DNA of 64,000 nucleotides from Eledone cirrhosa. Taxonomy: Eukaryota. The notes beneath the pieces are model-generated. The model was given only the letters and a program-made list of their open reading frames with translations. It did not search any database and was not told the origin of the DNA. The first letter of the stretch is position 1; every line of letters starts with the position of its first letter. Location of the stretch: assembly GCA_964016885.1 (NCBI GenBank), contig OZ024740.1, positions 98,890,001 through 98,954,000 on the forward strand. The letters are read 5' to 3'. The translations under genes and the position numbers were made by a program. Positions 12,296 through 27,187 of this stretch are shown here, in pieces.

Positions 12296-13434
12296 TATAT
12301 ATATATATCTATATCAATAATCAGTGTTGGTTGAATTAAACAATTAACCAACTTGGTGCAAACGAGCATAAACACTCCACATCAAAAGGTATAAGGTATA
12401 GGGTGTCAGATTGAGTATCAATATTAAGAAAAGAAAGAGAGATAGTATTATGTATTCAATTTCAGTTTATTTCATCACACCTAATATGTACATTTCAAAG
12501 GTATTAAATATTGTTATGCAACAGTTATCTGGTATTAAATATTGTTATGCAACAGTTGTCGTTAGGTAGGTGTTTAAATGTAAAGTTTTGTCTTGTTTTT
12601 GATATGCCTGCTATCGAAGTGATGTTGACATTTCACTTTTAGGCAAGCACATGCCATATGAATGCGAACACTGGCAAGCTATGCGCAGAGAAATGGGTGC
12701 TACTATGGTAGTAGAAGGTGGTGAAAGTAAGTCAGTAAACTAAATAAGTCAGGCTGTTCATAGCTGGTGTCAGTAAGTGTATTGTGAATGATCATATATC
12801 TAAGCTGTTATACAGAGGGATGAAGGAGTATGCTTAAGCTGAAAAGTGCAAGTATATGTATGCATTATAAATCACCTTCATGCAAACTCATGCAGACTGA
12901 CACACAACCCATATACACCCATGCACACATATACACAGTGCCTCACACATAATAGTAGGCGTATAGGATAAAGAAAATGAAGAAAGGAAATAAAAAGGAA
13001 GAAATCACTTCACAAGTAAAAGTGAAGATCAAAGTTTAGATGTTAAGGTTAATTCAGGTCTAAACTCTAAGATAGATGGGTTGATGGTTTGTATCAATAG
13101 AGATAGGGAGACACTCGTTTAGACTAGTAAGACCATTACTCAGTTTAGTACTCGATACTTAAGAAAGTAGAGTGTAGGTGTTATAAGGAGTTTCTCCACT
13201 AAGGCTTAGCTGTTAATGTCAAAATGGTTAAATGCTGAAAAAGTCAATATTATGCTATTTCAGTAAAATAACAATAACAAGCCATGATTCAACTATAAAC
13301 TCACACACACACAAGCACACATAAACACACATATGTATATATACATGCATATGCAAAAACATCTATTTATATATTCTATTACAATTTTACTTGTTTCAGT
13401 TTGTGAGCTGTATCCAAGCTGGGCTTCCTACTTA

Positions 13435-13917
13435 GGTGATCTAGTTAGCTCTGGAAGAAGATGCTCTGAATAAGGAGAGGATAGGAGCTACTAACTCTGC
13501 TGACAACAAACACTTTCTCACTATGGACTGCGAATGCAGGGATCTATGTAGGCTGGAGTGAAATGAAGTAAGCATGTCTCCATGGATACGACAGAGTATG
13601 GTTGGACATAGATAAAAGCTGGGTTTAAGAGAAACAAGAAGTAGTGTGCAAGAGAGAAGATTGCGCTGGTAATTTGATGGATATGAGATGAACATGGATG
13701 ATTATTGCTGGGTGAAAAGGTGCCAGAAACTCACAGTGGAAGGAAGTCACAGTTTATGAAGACCAAGGATGACCTTACCATAGTTGGTGAGAGCAGATCT
13801 CAAATTACTGAAGCTCACAGAGGAGATCATAAAGATCATAAGAGAGATGGTGTGGTGAAAAAGAACTATCCAACACATAAAGCATGGAAAGGCAGATCTA
13901 AAATGATGATGATGATG
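13435..13917 (+). mobile_element. Degraded RTE LINE 3' fragment
   Basis: Remnant similarity to the C-terminal part of 59471-60475; ends 'agcatggaaaggcagatctaaaatgatgatgatg'. Confidence 0.55.
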
Positions 13918-14021
13918 TAAATATATGTGTGTGTGTAAAAAGTATACAGAAATAACAAAGCAAATGACACAGTAAAATGAAGAAATATATTAGTTTAACA
14001 CACAAAATAACAGGAAAACAG

Positions 14022-14057
14022 TCTTAATATTTCAGACATTAGCCTTTCATAAGAAGG
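14022..14057 (-). ncRNA. Degenerate hammerhead motif
   Basis: Minus strand: cctt-CTTATGA-a-aggc-taat-gtct-GAAA-ta-TT-aaga. One core mismatch (CUGA to CUUA). Confidence 0.4.
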
Positions 14058-14222
14058 TAGAATGAGAAATAAAAGATGAAATAGAAAGAGAGAAAGTGAG
14101 AAGAAAAAGGAACGGGAAAGTAATTGAGAAAAAAAACACATGTATATTTAGTCAGCCATTTATAAATACAGATGTAAACACACACACACACAAACACACA
14201 CACGCGCACATACACATACATT

Positions 14223-14265
<43 letters not shown>

Positions 14266-14951
14266 CCATCATCTTGTGATTACTATATATATATATAGTA
14301 ATCAAAAGATGATGGAATTATTACAGAAGCAATGGATTTGCATTTATATGAATGTTATGCTATTTCTAGCGCGCAATAATCCCTACATCAGACTAAATGC
14401 TTCTATGTATAAAAGATATATTGGTGCCAATAGTAGTAAAACTTCAAATACAGACAGAATAAGGGAGGCAGAATAGATAAGAAAGAACCCAACTTTCTCT
14501 AAGATATAAATAAATAATCAATATCAAGCTTAACATAAATAGGGAATATGCAATACTCTACAGCCACATGCTACCAAGTTAATCTAACCCAAGCTGATGT
14601 CAAATTTTGATTCATAAATGTACTACATATATATGTAACTTAGGACTATCACATTAGTTTCTAGTGAGAAACAAAACAAAGGGAATTTCATTGTGTCACA
14701 TTAATCAAATTATGAGTCCGTATATCTCCTGTTAATGTGCCAGACAAACAATAAATTACAAAGGGATCTATTAACATATAATAGTTAGTGGTATGAGGGA
14801 AGATTAAAAAATGACTGACCCTGACAAATGTATCAAATCAATAAGTATATATTCAATTGGGTTGAAATTTGTCCTTCGTGCTTGCGAACATACACATACA
14901 TATGTAGACATATACACAAACATATAAACACATTCATACATACATAGACAG

Positions 14952-14994
<43 letters not shown>

Positions 14995-14998
<4 letters not shown>

Positions 14999-15744
14999 GA
15001 AGTTATATTTAATTTGTTGGGATAAAACAAGCAAATATATTTATAACTGATATAAAGCACTCAACTGATAATTGGAGTAAAAATACAATATATTAACAAA
15101 TGGAAACTATTATTATAAAACCATATTTATTTCATTATACATATTTCAAGGACACCAAAGCAAATTATGGTGAGCTTTCATCAGATGAAATATAATATAG
15201 ATCAGTTTTATAAACAAATATTGACATGCCCTTAAAGAATGCGACCATGTTGGTTGGAGGCTCCCGGATAGTGGGGTTACTAATTTTATGATTGGTCTAT
15301 TATGCAAATTAGTGTTGGACAGGTTTAAAACCCAGTACATTTAAATTAAGCCGTTGTAATAGGGAAAAAAGAAAAAAGAACAAAGAAAAAAGAAAAAAGA
15401 AAAAGAAAAAAGAAAAAAGAAAAAAGAAAAAAGAAAAAAGAAAAAAGAAAAATGAAAAAGAAAAGGAAAAAGAAAAAGAAAGAGCAAACCCAAAGAAGGA
15501 AAACAAAAGAAAGAGAAAGAGAGAAAACCCTAAGTAAGAGAGTGTTGTATTAACGTAATTTATGAGATGATGAAGCGAAAAAATAAATATATAATGGATG
15601 AATTACGTAGAGTAAATAAAGTGTGGATAAAAAAATAAATAATAATAACCGGAGAATGTTATCTAATGTTTAAATTTGATTAAATATTTAATTTATCAAT
15701 TAAATATGTCAGTTAAATTATTGAGATCTATATATCATTAAAAG

Positions 15745-15782
<38 letters not shown>

Positions 15783-18540
15783 AAAAAATATTATTAAAAT
15801 ATATGTTATTATTACATAACCATATATAAATTTATTATTAATCATCATCCAACAATTAATTATTAACTTTTCAATTAATTATCAATAAAAAATAAGAGGA
15901 AATAATAAAAAAATGTATGTTTAAAATATAGGAATGTTTCTAAACCCATGGAAATTCAGAGATTTTACAGAAAACTAATCTCTTCTTCGTAATAGCAATA
16001 TAGCGTGAAGGAAATTAAGTGATATATTTGTAATTTAGATAGCTCTAAGGATTAAATGTTATAAAGGTTAAGATGATAAAAAAAGTTAAGACTATAAAAA
16101 ACATCTTATATTATTATATAGTAAGTTATAATTTTATAAATTGTATATATTTTATAAATCCACCTGTTATACAGTTGTCACTCTTAAAATATAAGTTTGT
16201 TTAATATAACGTCTTAATGTTTAAAGTTTTTCATAAGAATACATCTAAAGCATAAACCATAAAAAAACCTTTTATACGGGTTCATTCATAGAATGTATTC
16301 AAATTATACATGCTGATATATATACATATACATACACAGACATACATACATGTATACATATATATAGACATACACATATATACATACATATATATATACA
16401 TAATATACATATATATATACATATATACATAAATACAAAATACATAACATAAAATAAAATGAGTTATAATTTTAAAAAGGATTATAATTTTAAAAGTAAT
16501 TACAATTTAAAAAAATATAATTATATAATTTTAAAAGGAATTATAATTTTTAAGCAATATCATTTTTAAGCAATATAATTTTGAATATATAGAAAAACCC
16601 AGTATAAAATATGAATTATAATTTTTTATATCCATCAGAGGAATTAACAAAAACCCTTTTTTTTTAGAAACTTTCAGTATATTTATCTTAATTTTATATT
16701 ATACCTATAAGAGAAATTTTCAAAAAAGAAATTTTCAAAAAATCCCTTTTTTTAAAAAACTTTCAGTATCTTTATCTGGAAGAATTTTCAAGGAAAAAAT
16801 TTAAGGAAAAAATTTTACATTTAAGAGAGTTTTAGGCAGACGTATGAAGGAATCTAATGATTTATCGATAGGTTTAATAAGATGAGTTATATATTACATT
16901 TTAAATTCATATTTAAACGTTGAATTTAATGTATGTTTGCAGCAACTGAAAAGAATGTTCCTTAAATTCACAGAATTTTTGCTTTTTAATATAAAGAATA
17001 TTTCCTCTATACAAAGAGCACAATTTTCAGAAGAAGCATTGAATGAAAGTGATTTGGAGATAATATTCCAAAGTAAAGAATAGTTAATGTTCTTTGATTT
17101 TAGGTCCCAGAGTAAGCTAGATAGGGAAGTTGAAGATTTTTTATTTATATTCGTAAAAGAGCATTTATGGTTATTAAATGTGGAAGTAGAACCTACATAA
17201 TTAAATGAATTTAAATTAGTTTTTACATTACAATTATATACTATATTTTTAGCTAAACAATTGTTATTTAACGGGCAGTTAGATTTATTTCTACAGTTAC
17301 ATTTATCAAAATTCAAGTTACTAGGAGACGTATTATTAAATTGGATATTGCTGGGGTTGTTAATGGTATTCTGGTTAGGTTTTAAGTTTCTATTATTAAT
17401 TCTATTAATATTCTGCGCTAAATTACTGGTGGTTGAATAAGTTAATTTTATAGTATGTCTATTAAATATTGAGTAATATCTATGTGTTCTAGGGAAGCAT
17501 TTGTCAAGAACTTTAAAGAATAGTTTAGCAATAGGAGTTTTAATATTTAATGAGAAAGGAGGAGCGAACCATAATATATCCTAGTTCTATTTCTTATTTT
17601 GTTTTTCGAATTTTTGTAAGGTTTTCTATTATAGTTGTTAAAATTATGCTTAGTTGTTATATTATTATTCGCAATGTATTTAATTTTATTACTATATCCA
17701 GCTCTACCTAACGCTTCGTTGTAATACTGTGCTTTATCATCAAGAATATTCTTATTAGCTGAAATTCTAGAAATGCGTTGCTGTACATAATTTACTATTT
17801 TTAACGGATCTGGGGTGATTGGAGTTAAAATTAACGTAGTTTAAGTTCTAGTTTAATTTGTGAAATGGATAATAAAGACATGTCTTAAGGTTTAAGGTTA
17901 CATCTAGAAAGTTAACTATTGTATAATTATTCTCTATTTCTACTTTAAGATTAAGGTAATTAAAAAATTGTATAATTTCTTTTCTTTCGCTATTTAATTC
18001 ACAGTTATTATTTTCGATAAGTAATAGCATATCGTCGCGATACAAACCATCGGTCATCTCCGGTATTTTCCTATGTAGAGTATTATTTATAAAACGCCCC
18101 ACAAGATACGTTATTTTGGCGGAATCAGATGACCCCATAGTGATATCGAAATTATTATCTCTATCTGCTCTAGTCCAGTGGTGGTTGTTAAATTTAATTA
18201 ATGTTTTCCGTGCCGTTAGGATAATGTGCATTTCATTACTAGTTAAGTCTGTATGTTTAAATGCATATGTCAGTGATTTATTAAGTAGATTAGGAGCGAT
18301 GGATGAGTAATAATTAGCAATATCCAATTGAATAAACTTATTATTATAGTTATATTTAATGTCTTTAAACCATTTGATAACTTCGTTAGTTACCTTTCCA
18401 TAATTTTAAATAAGATAATTCCTTAATTTGTGGTATTATTCTGTCTAAAATGTTCTTGCTAATTATGCCAAGGTCCGATTTAGATGGTGCAATTAATCTA
18501 ACTGGTAAGTCAATTTCAAAGTTCCTTTTGTGGTCCTTCA
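14995..18540 (-). mobile_element. Inverted, 5'-truncated copy of the PLE at 18541-24262 (RT core, GIY-YIG, pseudo-LTR)
   Basis: ORFs 17848-18327 (FDITMGSSD, GLYRDD, VNFLDVTLNL) and 16894-17316 (CNCRNKSNCPL, IVY..YVGST) are near-identical to 21061-22339 on the opposite strand. Confidence 0.93.
15128..15192 (-). ncRNA. Type I hammerhead ribozyme in PLE pseudo-LTR
   Basis: Minus strand: tatttcat-CTGATGA-aagctcacca-loop-tggtgtcctt-GAAA-tatgta-TA-atgaaata. Perfect 8-bp stem I, triplet AUA. Confidence 0.85.
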
Positions 18541-18802
18541 TTTGTTAATTCCTCTGATGGATATAAAATTTCTCTGATGGATATAAAAAATTATAATTCA
18601 TATTTTATACTGGGTTTTTCTATATATTCTTATATATAATTTTAAAATTATATAGCTTAAAAATGATATTGCTTAAAAATTATAATTCCTTTTAAAATTA
18701 TATAATTATATTTTTTTAAATTGTAATTCCTTTTAAAATTATAATCCTTTTTAAAATTATAACTCATATTTTATTTTATGTTATGTATTTTATATTTATG
18801 TA

Positions 18803-18875
<73 letters not shown>

Positions 18876-19496
18876 TCTGTATATATATATGTATATTCTG
18901 TATATATATAAGTATGTATATATGTGTATGTCTATATATATGTACAGATGTATGTATGTCTGTGTATGTATATGTATATATATCAAAATGTATAATTTGA
19001 ATACATTCTATGAATGAACCCGTATAAAAGGTTTTTTACGGTTTATGATTTAGATGTATTCTTATGAAAAACTTGAAATAATAAGACGTTATAGTAAACA
19101 AACTTATATTTTAACAGTCACAACTGTATAACAGGTGGATTTATAAAATATATGAAATTTATAAAATTATAACTTACTATAACATAATATAAGCTTTTTT
19201 TTATCATCTTAATCTTTATAACATTTAATCCTTAGAGCTATCTAAATTACAAATAAATTACTTAATTTCCTTCACACTGTATTGCTATTATGATGAAGAG
19301 ATTATTATTGGGTAAAATCTCTGAATTTCCATGGGTTTAGTAATATTCCTATATTTTAAACATAAAATATTTTATTATTTCTTCTTCTTTTTTATTGATT
19401 ATTAATTGAAAAATTAATAATTAATTGTTGGTTGATGATTAATAATAAATTTATATTTTGTTATGTAATAATAACATATTTTAATAATATTATTTC

Positions 19497-19555
<59 letters not shown>

Positions 19556-20048
19556 TTTTAATAATATATAGATCTCAATTTTTTATTTTTCATTTATAGA
19601 TCTCAATAATTTAACTGGCATATTTAATTGATAAATTAAACATTCAATCAAATTTAAACATTAGATAACATTCTCCGGTTATTATTATTTATTTATTTAT
19701 CCACGCTTTATTTACTCCGCGTAATTCATCCACTATATATTTATTTTTTCGCTTCATCATCTCATAAATTACGTTAATACAACACTCTCTCACTTAGGGT
19801 TTTCTCTCTTTCTCTTTCTTTTGTTTTCCTTCTTTGGGTTGGCTCTTTCTTTTTCTTTGTTCTTTTTTTCTTTTTACCCTATTCCAACGGCTTAATTTAA
19901 ATATACTGGGTTTTCAACCTCTCCGACAATAATTTGCATAATAGACCAATAATAAAATTAGTAACCCCACTATCCGGGAGCTTCCAACCGACATGGTCGC
20001 ATTCTTTAAGGGTATGTCAATATTTGTTTATAAAACGGATCTATATTA

Positions 20049-20113
20049 TATTTTATCTGATGAAAGCGCACCGTAATTTGCTTCGGTGTCCTTGAAATAT
20101 GTATAATGAAATA
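20049..20113 (+). ncRNA. Type I hammerhead ribozyme in 5' pseudo-LTR
   Basis: tattttat-CTGATGA-aagcgcaccg-loop-cggtgtcctt-GAAA-tatgta-TA-atgaaata; predicted cleavage after 20105. Confidence 0.85.
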
Positions 20114-20289
20114 AATATGGTTTTATAAATATAGTTTCCATTTGTTAATATATTGTATTTTTACTCCAATAATTTGCTGAGTACTTTATATCAGTTATAA
20201 AAATATTTGCTTGTTGTATCCTAACAAATTAAATATAACTTCTACATATATTCTGCTCCTTTACTGTCAAGCACTTTATATTATTACTG

Positions 20290-22545
20290 AAAAATAATCG
20301 AATTCTTTAAGATCTCTTCTTCTCTAAAGGACATACCTATACCTAGGAATAAAGACTTTATAAAACAATTAATAGAACAATCAGACTCATTTATAAGAAG
20401 AATCAGGTTGCGTGCTTTCCAATTCGATAAATCTGATGCAAAAGAGAATATTTCCAATCTTGATAGAATCTTCAAATCTAAAAAATCACACCTTCCAACA
20501 AACTACTAATGGGTTTTGAAAATGAAATCATCTCTATCATTCAAAGCATTAAATAAAAAATAAAAAAAAACTTCATAGGCCAGGATTACCTAAGAAATCT
20601 CAAAAATAATATTGAAAATTTGGAGAAAGCGGAAAAAATTCTAGTCAAGTCAGATAAAACCAATAATTTTTATGGAATGCAAAAGGATATTTATAACTAT
20701 CTTATATTAAAGGAATTAAGGAAGAAATACAAAATAACAACTAATGACGACCCTGAAAAATTGAATACAGACGCCTCTTACATAATGCAGGAATTAGGCA
20801 TTGAAAATAGGACACAACCCTTCATGCCAAGGAAACCAACAATTAATATGAAGGACCACAAAATGAAATTTGAAGTTGACTTACCAGTTAGATTAATTGC
20901 ACCATCTAAATCGGACCTTGGCATACTTAGCAAGAACATTTAGACAGAATAATACCACAAATTAAGGAGTTATCTTATTTAAAATTATGGAAAGGAACTA
21001 ACGAAGTTTTCAAATGGTTTAAAGACATTAAATATAACTATAATTATAAGTTATATTCAAATGGATATTGCTAATTATTACTCATCCATCACTCCTAATC
21101 TACTTAATAAATCACTGACATATGCATTTAAACATACAAACTTAACTAGTAATGAAATGCACATTATCCTAACGGCACGGAAAACATTAATTAAATTTAA
21201 CAACCACCTCTGGACTAGAGCAGATAGAGATAATAATTTCGATATCACTATGGGGTCATCTGATTCCGCCCGAATAACGGATCTTGTGGGGCGTTTTATA
21301 AATAATACTCTACATAGGAAAATACCGGATATGACCGGTGCAGATGACCGGTGCTTTGTATCGCGACGATATGCTATTACTTATCGAAAATAATAACTGT
21401 GAATTAAATAGGAAAAGAAATTAAATAGGAAAAGAAAAGAAATTATACAATTTTTTAATTACCTTAATCTTAAAGTAGAAATAGAGAATAATTATAAAAT
21501 AGTTAACTTTCTAGATGTAACCTTAAATCTTAACACATGTCTTTATTATCCATTTCACAAATTAAACTAGAACTTAAACTACGTTAATTTTAACTCCAAT
21601 CACCCCAGATCCGTTAAAAATAGTAAATTATGTACAGCAACGCATTTCTAGAATTTCAGCTAATAAGAATATTCTTGATGATAAAGCACAGTATTACAAC
21701 GAAGCGTTAGGTAGAGCTGGATATAGTAATAATATTAAATACATTGCGAATAATAATATAACAACTACTAAGCATAATTTTAACAACTATAATAGAAAAC
21801 CTTACAATAATTCGAAAAACAAAAAAAGAAATAGAACTAGGAATATATTATGGTTCGCTCCTCCTTTCTCATTAAATATTAAAACTCCTATTGTTAAACT
21901 ATTCTTTAAAGCTCTTCACAAATGCTTCCCTAGAACACATAGATATTACTCAATATTTAATAGACATACTATAAAATTAACTTATTCAACCACCAGTAAT
22001 TTAGCGCAGAATATTAATAGAATTAATAATAGAAACTTAAAACCTAACCAGAATACCATTAACAACCCCAGCAATATCCAATTTAATAATACGGCTCCTA
22101 GTAACTTGAATTTTGCTAAATGTAACTGTACAAATAAATCTAACTGTCCGTTAAATAACAATTGTTTAGCTAAAAATATAGTATATAATTGTAATGTAAA
22201 AACTAATTTAAATTCATTTAATTATGTAGGTTCTACTTCCAATTACTTTAAATCTCGTTTTAATAACAATAAATGCTCGTTTACGTATATAAATAAAACA
22301 AATCTTCAACTTCTCTATCTAGCTTACTCTGGGACCTAAAATCAAAAAACATTAACTATTCTTTATTTTGGAATATTATCTCCAAAGCACCTCCATTCAA
22401 TGCTTCTTCTGAAATTTGTGCTCTTTATATAGAGGAAATATTCTTTATTTTAAAAAGCAAAAATTCTGTGAATTTAAGGAACAATCTTTTCAGTTGCTGC
22501 AAACAGATTAAATTCAACGTTTAAATATAAATTTAAAATGTAATA
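20290..22545 (+). pseudogene. PLE reverse transcriptase plus C-terminal GIY-YIG endonuclease (frameshifted)
   Basis: SLKDIPIP..., VKSDKTNNFY, MKDHK..F....PVRLIAPSKSDLG, FDITMGSSDSA, WFAPPFS, CNC....CPL, IVY...YVGST. Confidence 0.9.
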
Positions 22546-24155
22546 TATAACTCATCTTACTAAACCTGTCGATAAATCATTAGATTCCTTCATACGACTG
22601 CCTAAGACTCTCTTAAATGGAAAATGTTTTCCTTAAAAATTCTTCCAGATAAACATACTGAAAGTTAAAAAAAAAAGGGATTTTTTGAAAATTTGACTTA
22701 TGGGTATAAAAAATTAAGATAAGCATACTGTAAGTTTCTAAAAAAAAGGGTTTTTGTTAATTCTTCTGATGGATATAAAAAATTGTAATTCATATTTTAT
22801 ACAGGGTTTTTCTATATATTCTTATATATATTTTTAAAATTATAATTCATATTTTATTTTATGTTATGTATTTTTTATTTATGTATATATGTATATATAT
22901 ATATATATATATGTATATTATGTATATATATATGTATGTATGTATATGTCTATATATGTGTATACATGTATGTATGTCTGTGTATGTATATGTATATATA
23001 TCAAAATGTGTAATTTGAATACATTCTATGAATGAACCCGTATAAAACGTTTTTTACGGTTTATGCTTTAAATGTATTCTTATGAAAAACTTTAAACATT
23101 AAGACGTTATAGTAAACAAACTTATATTTTAACAGTTACAATTGTATAACAGGTGGGTTTATAAAATATATAAAATTTATAAAATTATAACTTACTATAA
23201 AATAATATCAGATTTCTTTTATAATCTTAACTTTTTTATCATCTTAACCTTTATAACATTTAATCCTTAGAGCTATCGAAATTACAAATAAATCACCTAA
23301 TTTCCTTCACGTTGCATTGCTATTACGAAGAAGAGATTATTATTCGGTAAAATCTCTGAATTTCCATGGGTTTAGAAACATTCCTATATTTTAAACATAC
23401 ATATTTTTATTATTTCTTATTTTTTATTGATAATTAATTGAAAAATTAATAATTAATTGTTGGTTGATAGTCAATAATAAATTTATATATGGTTATGTAA
23501 TAATAACATATTTTAATAATATTTTTTAATAATATATATATATATACAATCAAATTTCAACATTAGATATTCAATCAAATTTAAACATTAGATAAAATTC
23601 TCCGGTTATTATTATTTATTTATTTATCCACGCTTTATTTACTCCGCGTAATTCATCCACTATATATTTATTTTTTCGCTTCATCATCTCATAAATTACG
23701 TTAATACAACACTCTCTCACTTAGGGTTTTCTCTCTTTCTCTTTCTTTTGTTTTCCTTCTTTGGATTTGCTCTTTCTTTTTCTTTTTCCTTTTCTTTTTC
23801 ATTTTTCTTTTTTCTTTTTTCTTTTTTACTTTTTTCTTTTTTTCTTTTTTCTTTTTTCTTTTTTCTTTTTTCTTTTTTCTTTTTTCTTTTTTCTTTTTTC
23901 TTTTTTCTTTTTTCTTTTTTTTCTTCTTTTTTCTTTTTTCTTTTTTCTTTTTTCTTTTTTTTCTTTTTTCTTTTTTCTTTTTTCCCTATTACAACGGCTT
24001 AATTTAAATGTACTGGGTTTTAAACCTCTCCGACACTAATTTGCATAATAGACCAATAATAAAATTAGTAACCCCACTATCCGGGAGCTTCCAACTGACA
24101 TGGTCACATTCTTTAAGGGTATGTCAATATTTGTTTATAAAACTGATCTATATTA

Positions 24156-24219
24156 TATTTTATCTGATGAAAGCGCACCATATTTGCTTTGGTGTCCTTG
24201 AAATATGTATAATGAAATA
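24156..24219 (+). ncRNA. Type I hammerhead ribozyme in 3' pseudo-LTR
   Basis: tattttat-CTGATGA-aagcgcacca-loop-tggtgtcctt-GAAA-tatgta-TA-atgaaata. Confidence 0.85.
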
Positions 24220-24257
24220 AATATGGTTTTATAAATATTGTTTCCATTTGTTAATAT

Positions 24258-24288
<31 letters not shown>

Positions 24289-24734
24289 ACTAGACCTGAA
24301 AAATGCGCAACCTCAAAAGAGCCACAGAATGTTATAATAAACCTTGAAAAATGTGGGACTAGAGTTGTTGCTCAAAAATATTGTAATCATTATCTATCGT
24401 ACATTCTGTGGCATCCTTTTATAAAAAAGAGACTCATAACGAACTCAAGACGACACGATAATTATTTAAGCTAATGTTCAATATCTCATATTAGATGTTT
24501 AGTAATGATTAATACGAAATGCACTTAAACCGAATTCTATATTATAAATTCACTTAAATAATTATCGTGTCGTCTTGATTTCGTTATGAGTCTCTTTTTT
24601 ATAAAAGGATGCCACAGAGTGTACGATAGATAATGATTACAATATTTTTGAGTAACAACTCTAGTCCCACACTTTTCAAGGTTTGTTATAACATTCTGTG
24701 GCTCTTTTGAGGTTGCGCATTTTTCAGGTCTAGT
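24289..24734. mobile_element. Foldback / MITE-like element (~180-bp arms, ~80-bp spacer)
   Basis: actagacctgaaaaatgcgcaacctc... / ...gaggttgcgcatttttcaggtctagt. Confidence 0.85.
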
Positions 24735-24789
24735 TTAATATTTTTTTAAGCAACGCTAGTAATAACTCTAGTTAAACATGATATATATT

Positions 24790-24984
24790 AATAATTGTTT
24801 CTACTTTTGGCACCAGGCCAGCAATTATCCCAGTGCATTACTTGTACTTTATTTTATCGACCCCGTAAGGATGAAAGGCAAAATTAACCTCGGCGGGATT
24901 TGAACTCAGATCATAAAGCGAGGTAACTCTATACTTCAAAGCATGGCGCCCGATCCTCTACCGATACTGCCAATCCCCCGCCCT
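24790..24984 (-). mobile_element. SINE family B copy
   Basis: Near-identical to 2701-2890. Confidence 0.85.
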
Positions 24985-25448
24985 AATAATAAACAAATAA
25001 TCTAACATAAAACGAATAATAATATGGACAAATATAAAAGTAAATATGATACAACCAATATTATAAGCATGTTATAACGAACTGGAAAAAAAATAGTTAA
25101 TATAAATTTAAAAAATCATATATAAATTAACAATATAACTTACCAAAACGAGAAAAATATTTTGATAATAAACCACGAAATACAGGAGGAAGATTCGAAA
25201 GCGAAACGATAAATAAACGTGCAAACAAAGTGGCGGATGCTTTTGAGCAACAATTACTCTCATTAGTTGATTAGCCAATAAGACGATCAAATTAGCTAAT
25301 AAGACGATACATTACAAAAGATGTTTGGCAGGGATCACCACAGTCAGCGAAACCCCTTGAATGTTTTATTCACAAGCTACTTATATATGTCAGACATGTA
25401 GACTTAAAACATTCTGTTGTTATTCATTGCGTGTCTAACAGATATATA

Positions 25449-25861
25449 ATATAAAATAACAGGAGGCTGGACTGGTGTAAATCCGTGAAAGGTTTATTAT
25501 ACTATGATCATTTCAATGACCGGGTTCAGTATGAATCCGGTGATATCCACCACCATGATTTTCAGCACCATGGATTTTATCTTTTATATTCTTTCGTTAT
25601 ATTTTGAATTATCTGATGATGTCACCGGATTAATACTGAACCCGGTCATTGAAATGATCATAGTATAATAAACATTTCAAGGATTTACACCAGACCAGCC
25701 TCCTGTTATTTTATAATAATTAACTCCGTACTCGCACCACCAACTACACAAACGAAGACTGGTGAGTTGCATTACGTTGAGTGCTCTACATAATATTACA
25801 TCGAGGTTGACCACACGGAATGACCAGTTCTATCCAGTGGTGAACCAACAAACCCAAATAA

Positions 25862-25862
<1 letters not shown>
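25449..25862 (+). mobile_element. Foldback element with a hammerhead in the right arm and an extended 3' tail
   Basis: Left arm 25449-25543 inverts 25622-25715. The tail to ~25862 is homologous to 38440-38650(-). Confidence 0.75.
25607..25670 (+). ncRNA. Type I hammerhead ribozyme motif (weak stem I)
   Basis: CTGATGA at 25613; stem II accgg/ccggt; GAAA at 25651; palindromic stem III ATGATCAT; triplet AUA. Confidence 0.65.
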
Positions 25863-26312
<450 letters not shown>

Positions 26313-26404
26313 TAAGAATATTTTCGAAATAGCGAGTGGGTTTGAAATTATTATAAATGTAAACTATCGCCGTATATTGACTAAAGAAATTCGATAGCTT
26401 ACAT

Positions 26405-26454
<50 letters not shown>

Positions 26455-26912
26455 GGCGGTAATTCACTTCCTCATTTCTTGAATCAATTCGAGCACTTCT
26501 TTAGAACTGCTGGACTGGCAACCTGACAGATACCTCAGGCACAGAAAGTGATTATCGCTAAATGCTGATGTTGGTTAGATTATCAATATTAGTATGATTT
26601 GGGCACCCACTGATGAATTATAGGAGCCCACTTGAATATATATCTATTGATGGTATACAAGCTCCTACATAAATTGGGATAATTTCACCCAAATTGTAGG
26701 AATCGTATAATGAAACGAGACGTCCGTCTGGGAAGAGATATATTAGATATGTCTCATTTGAAATAATACAGCCAATTTTCCACGCAATACTTTTAGTTAG
26801 CACCCCGAACACATAATTGGGAATATAATCACATTTTTCCTAATGTTTGTTGAGTGAGTTGGAATTTGGCCGGAGTATCGCTAAAAAGCTTTCTCCGATA
26901 TTGTATTTATTA

Positions 26913-26985
<73 letters not shown>

Positions 26986-27080
26986 AAATAATATGTATAA
27001 GTCAAACATGTTAAAATTGGCTTCGTTTATTCTAATTCGTTGGTATATATATTTCGTATATATATATATATGTAAATTTA

Positions 27081-27177
<97 letters not shown>

Positions 27178-27187
27178 TTGTATATAT

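Larger units (their letters stand above)
18541..24262 (+). mobile_element. Penelope-like retroelement (Naiad-like) with two direct pseudo-LTRs
   Basis: 5' pLTR ~18541-20250 is repeated at ~22750-24262 (to its position-20157 equivalent); between them lies an RT plus GIY-YIG ORF. Confidence 0.9.

Noticed and set aside
19990-20275. Possible intron (ATG...AAGG|gtatgt ... tcaag|) spanning the HHR upstream of the PLE ORF
   Set aside because: Splicing does not join cleanly to the RT frame (stop just upstream); unsupported without transcript data.
23748-24039. Phe/Ser-rich ORFs (also 15309-15506)
   Set aside because: (TTTTTTC)n tract within the PLE pseudo-LTR.
26450-26900. Higher-complexity island that might be a host exon
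   Set aside because: No recognisable protein motif or convincing splice-bounded open frame; needs BLASTX or RNA-seq.
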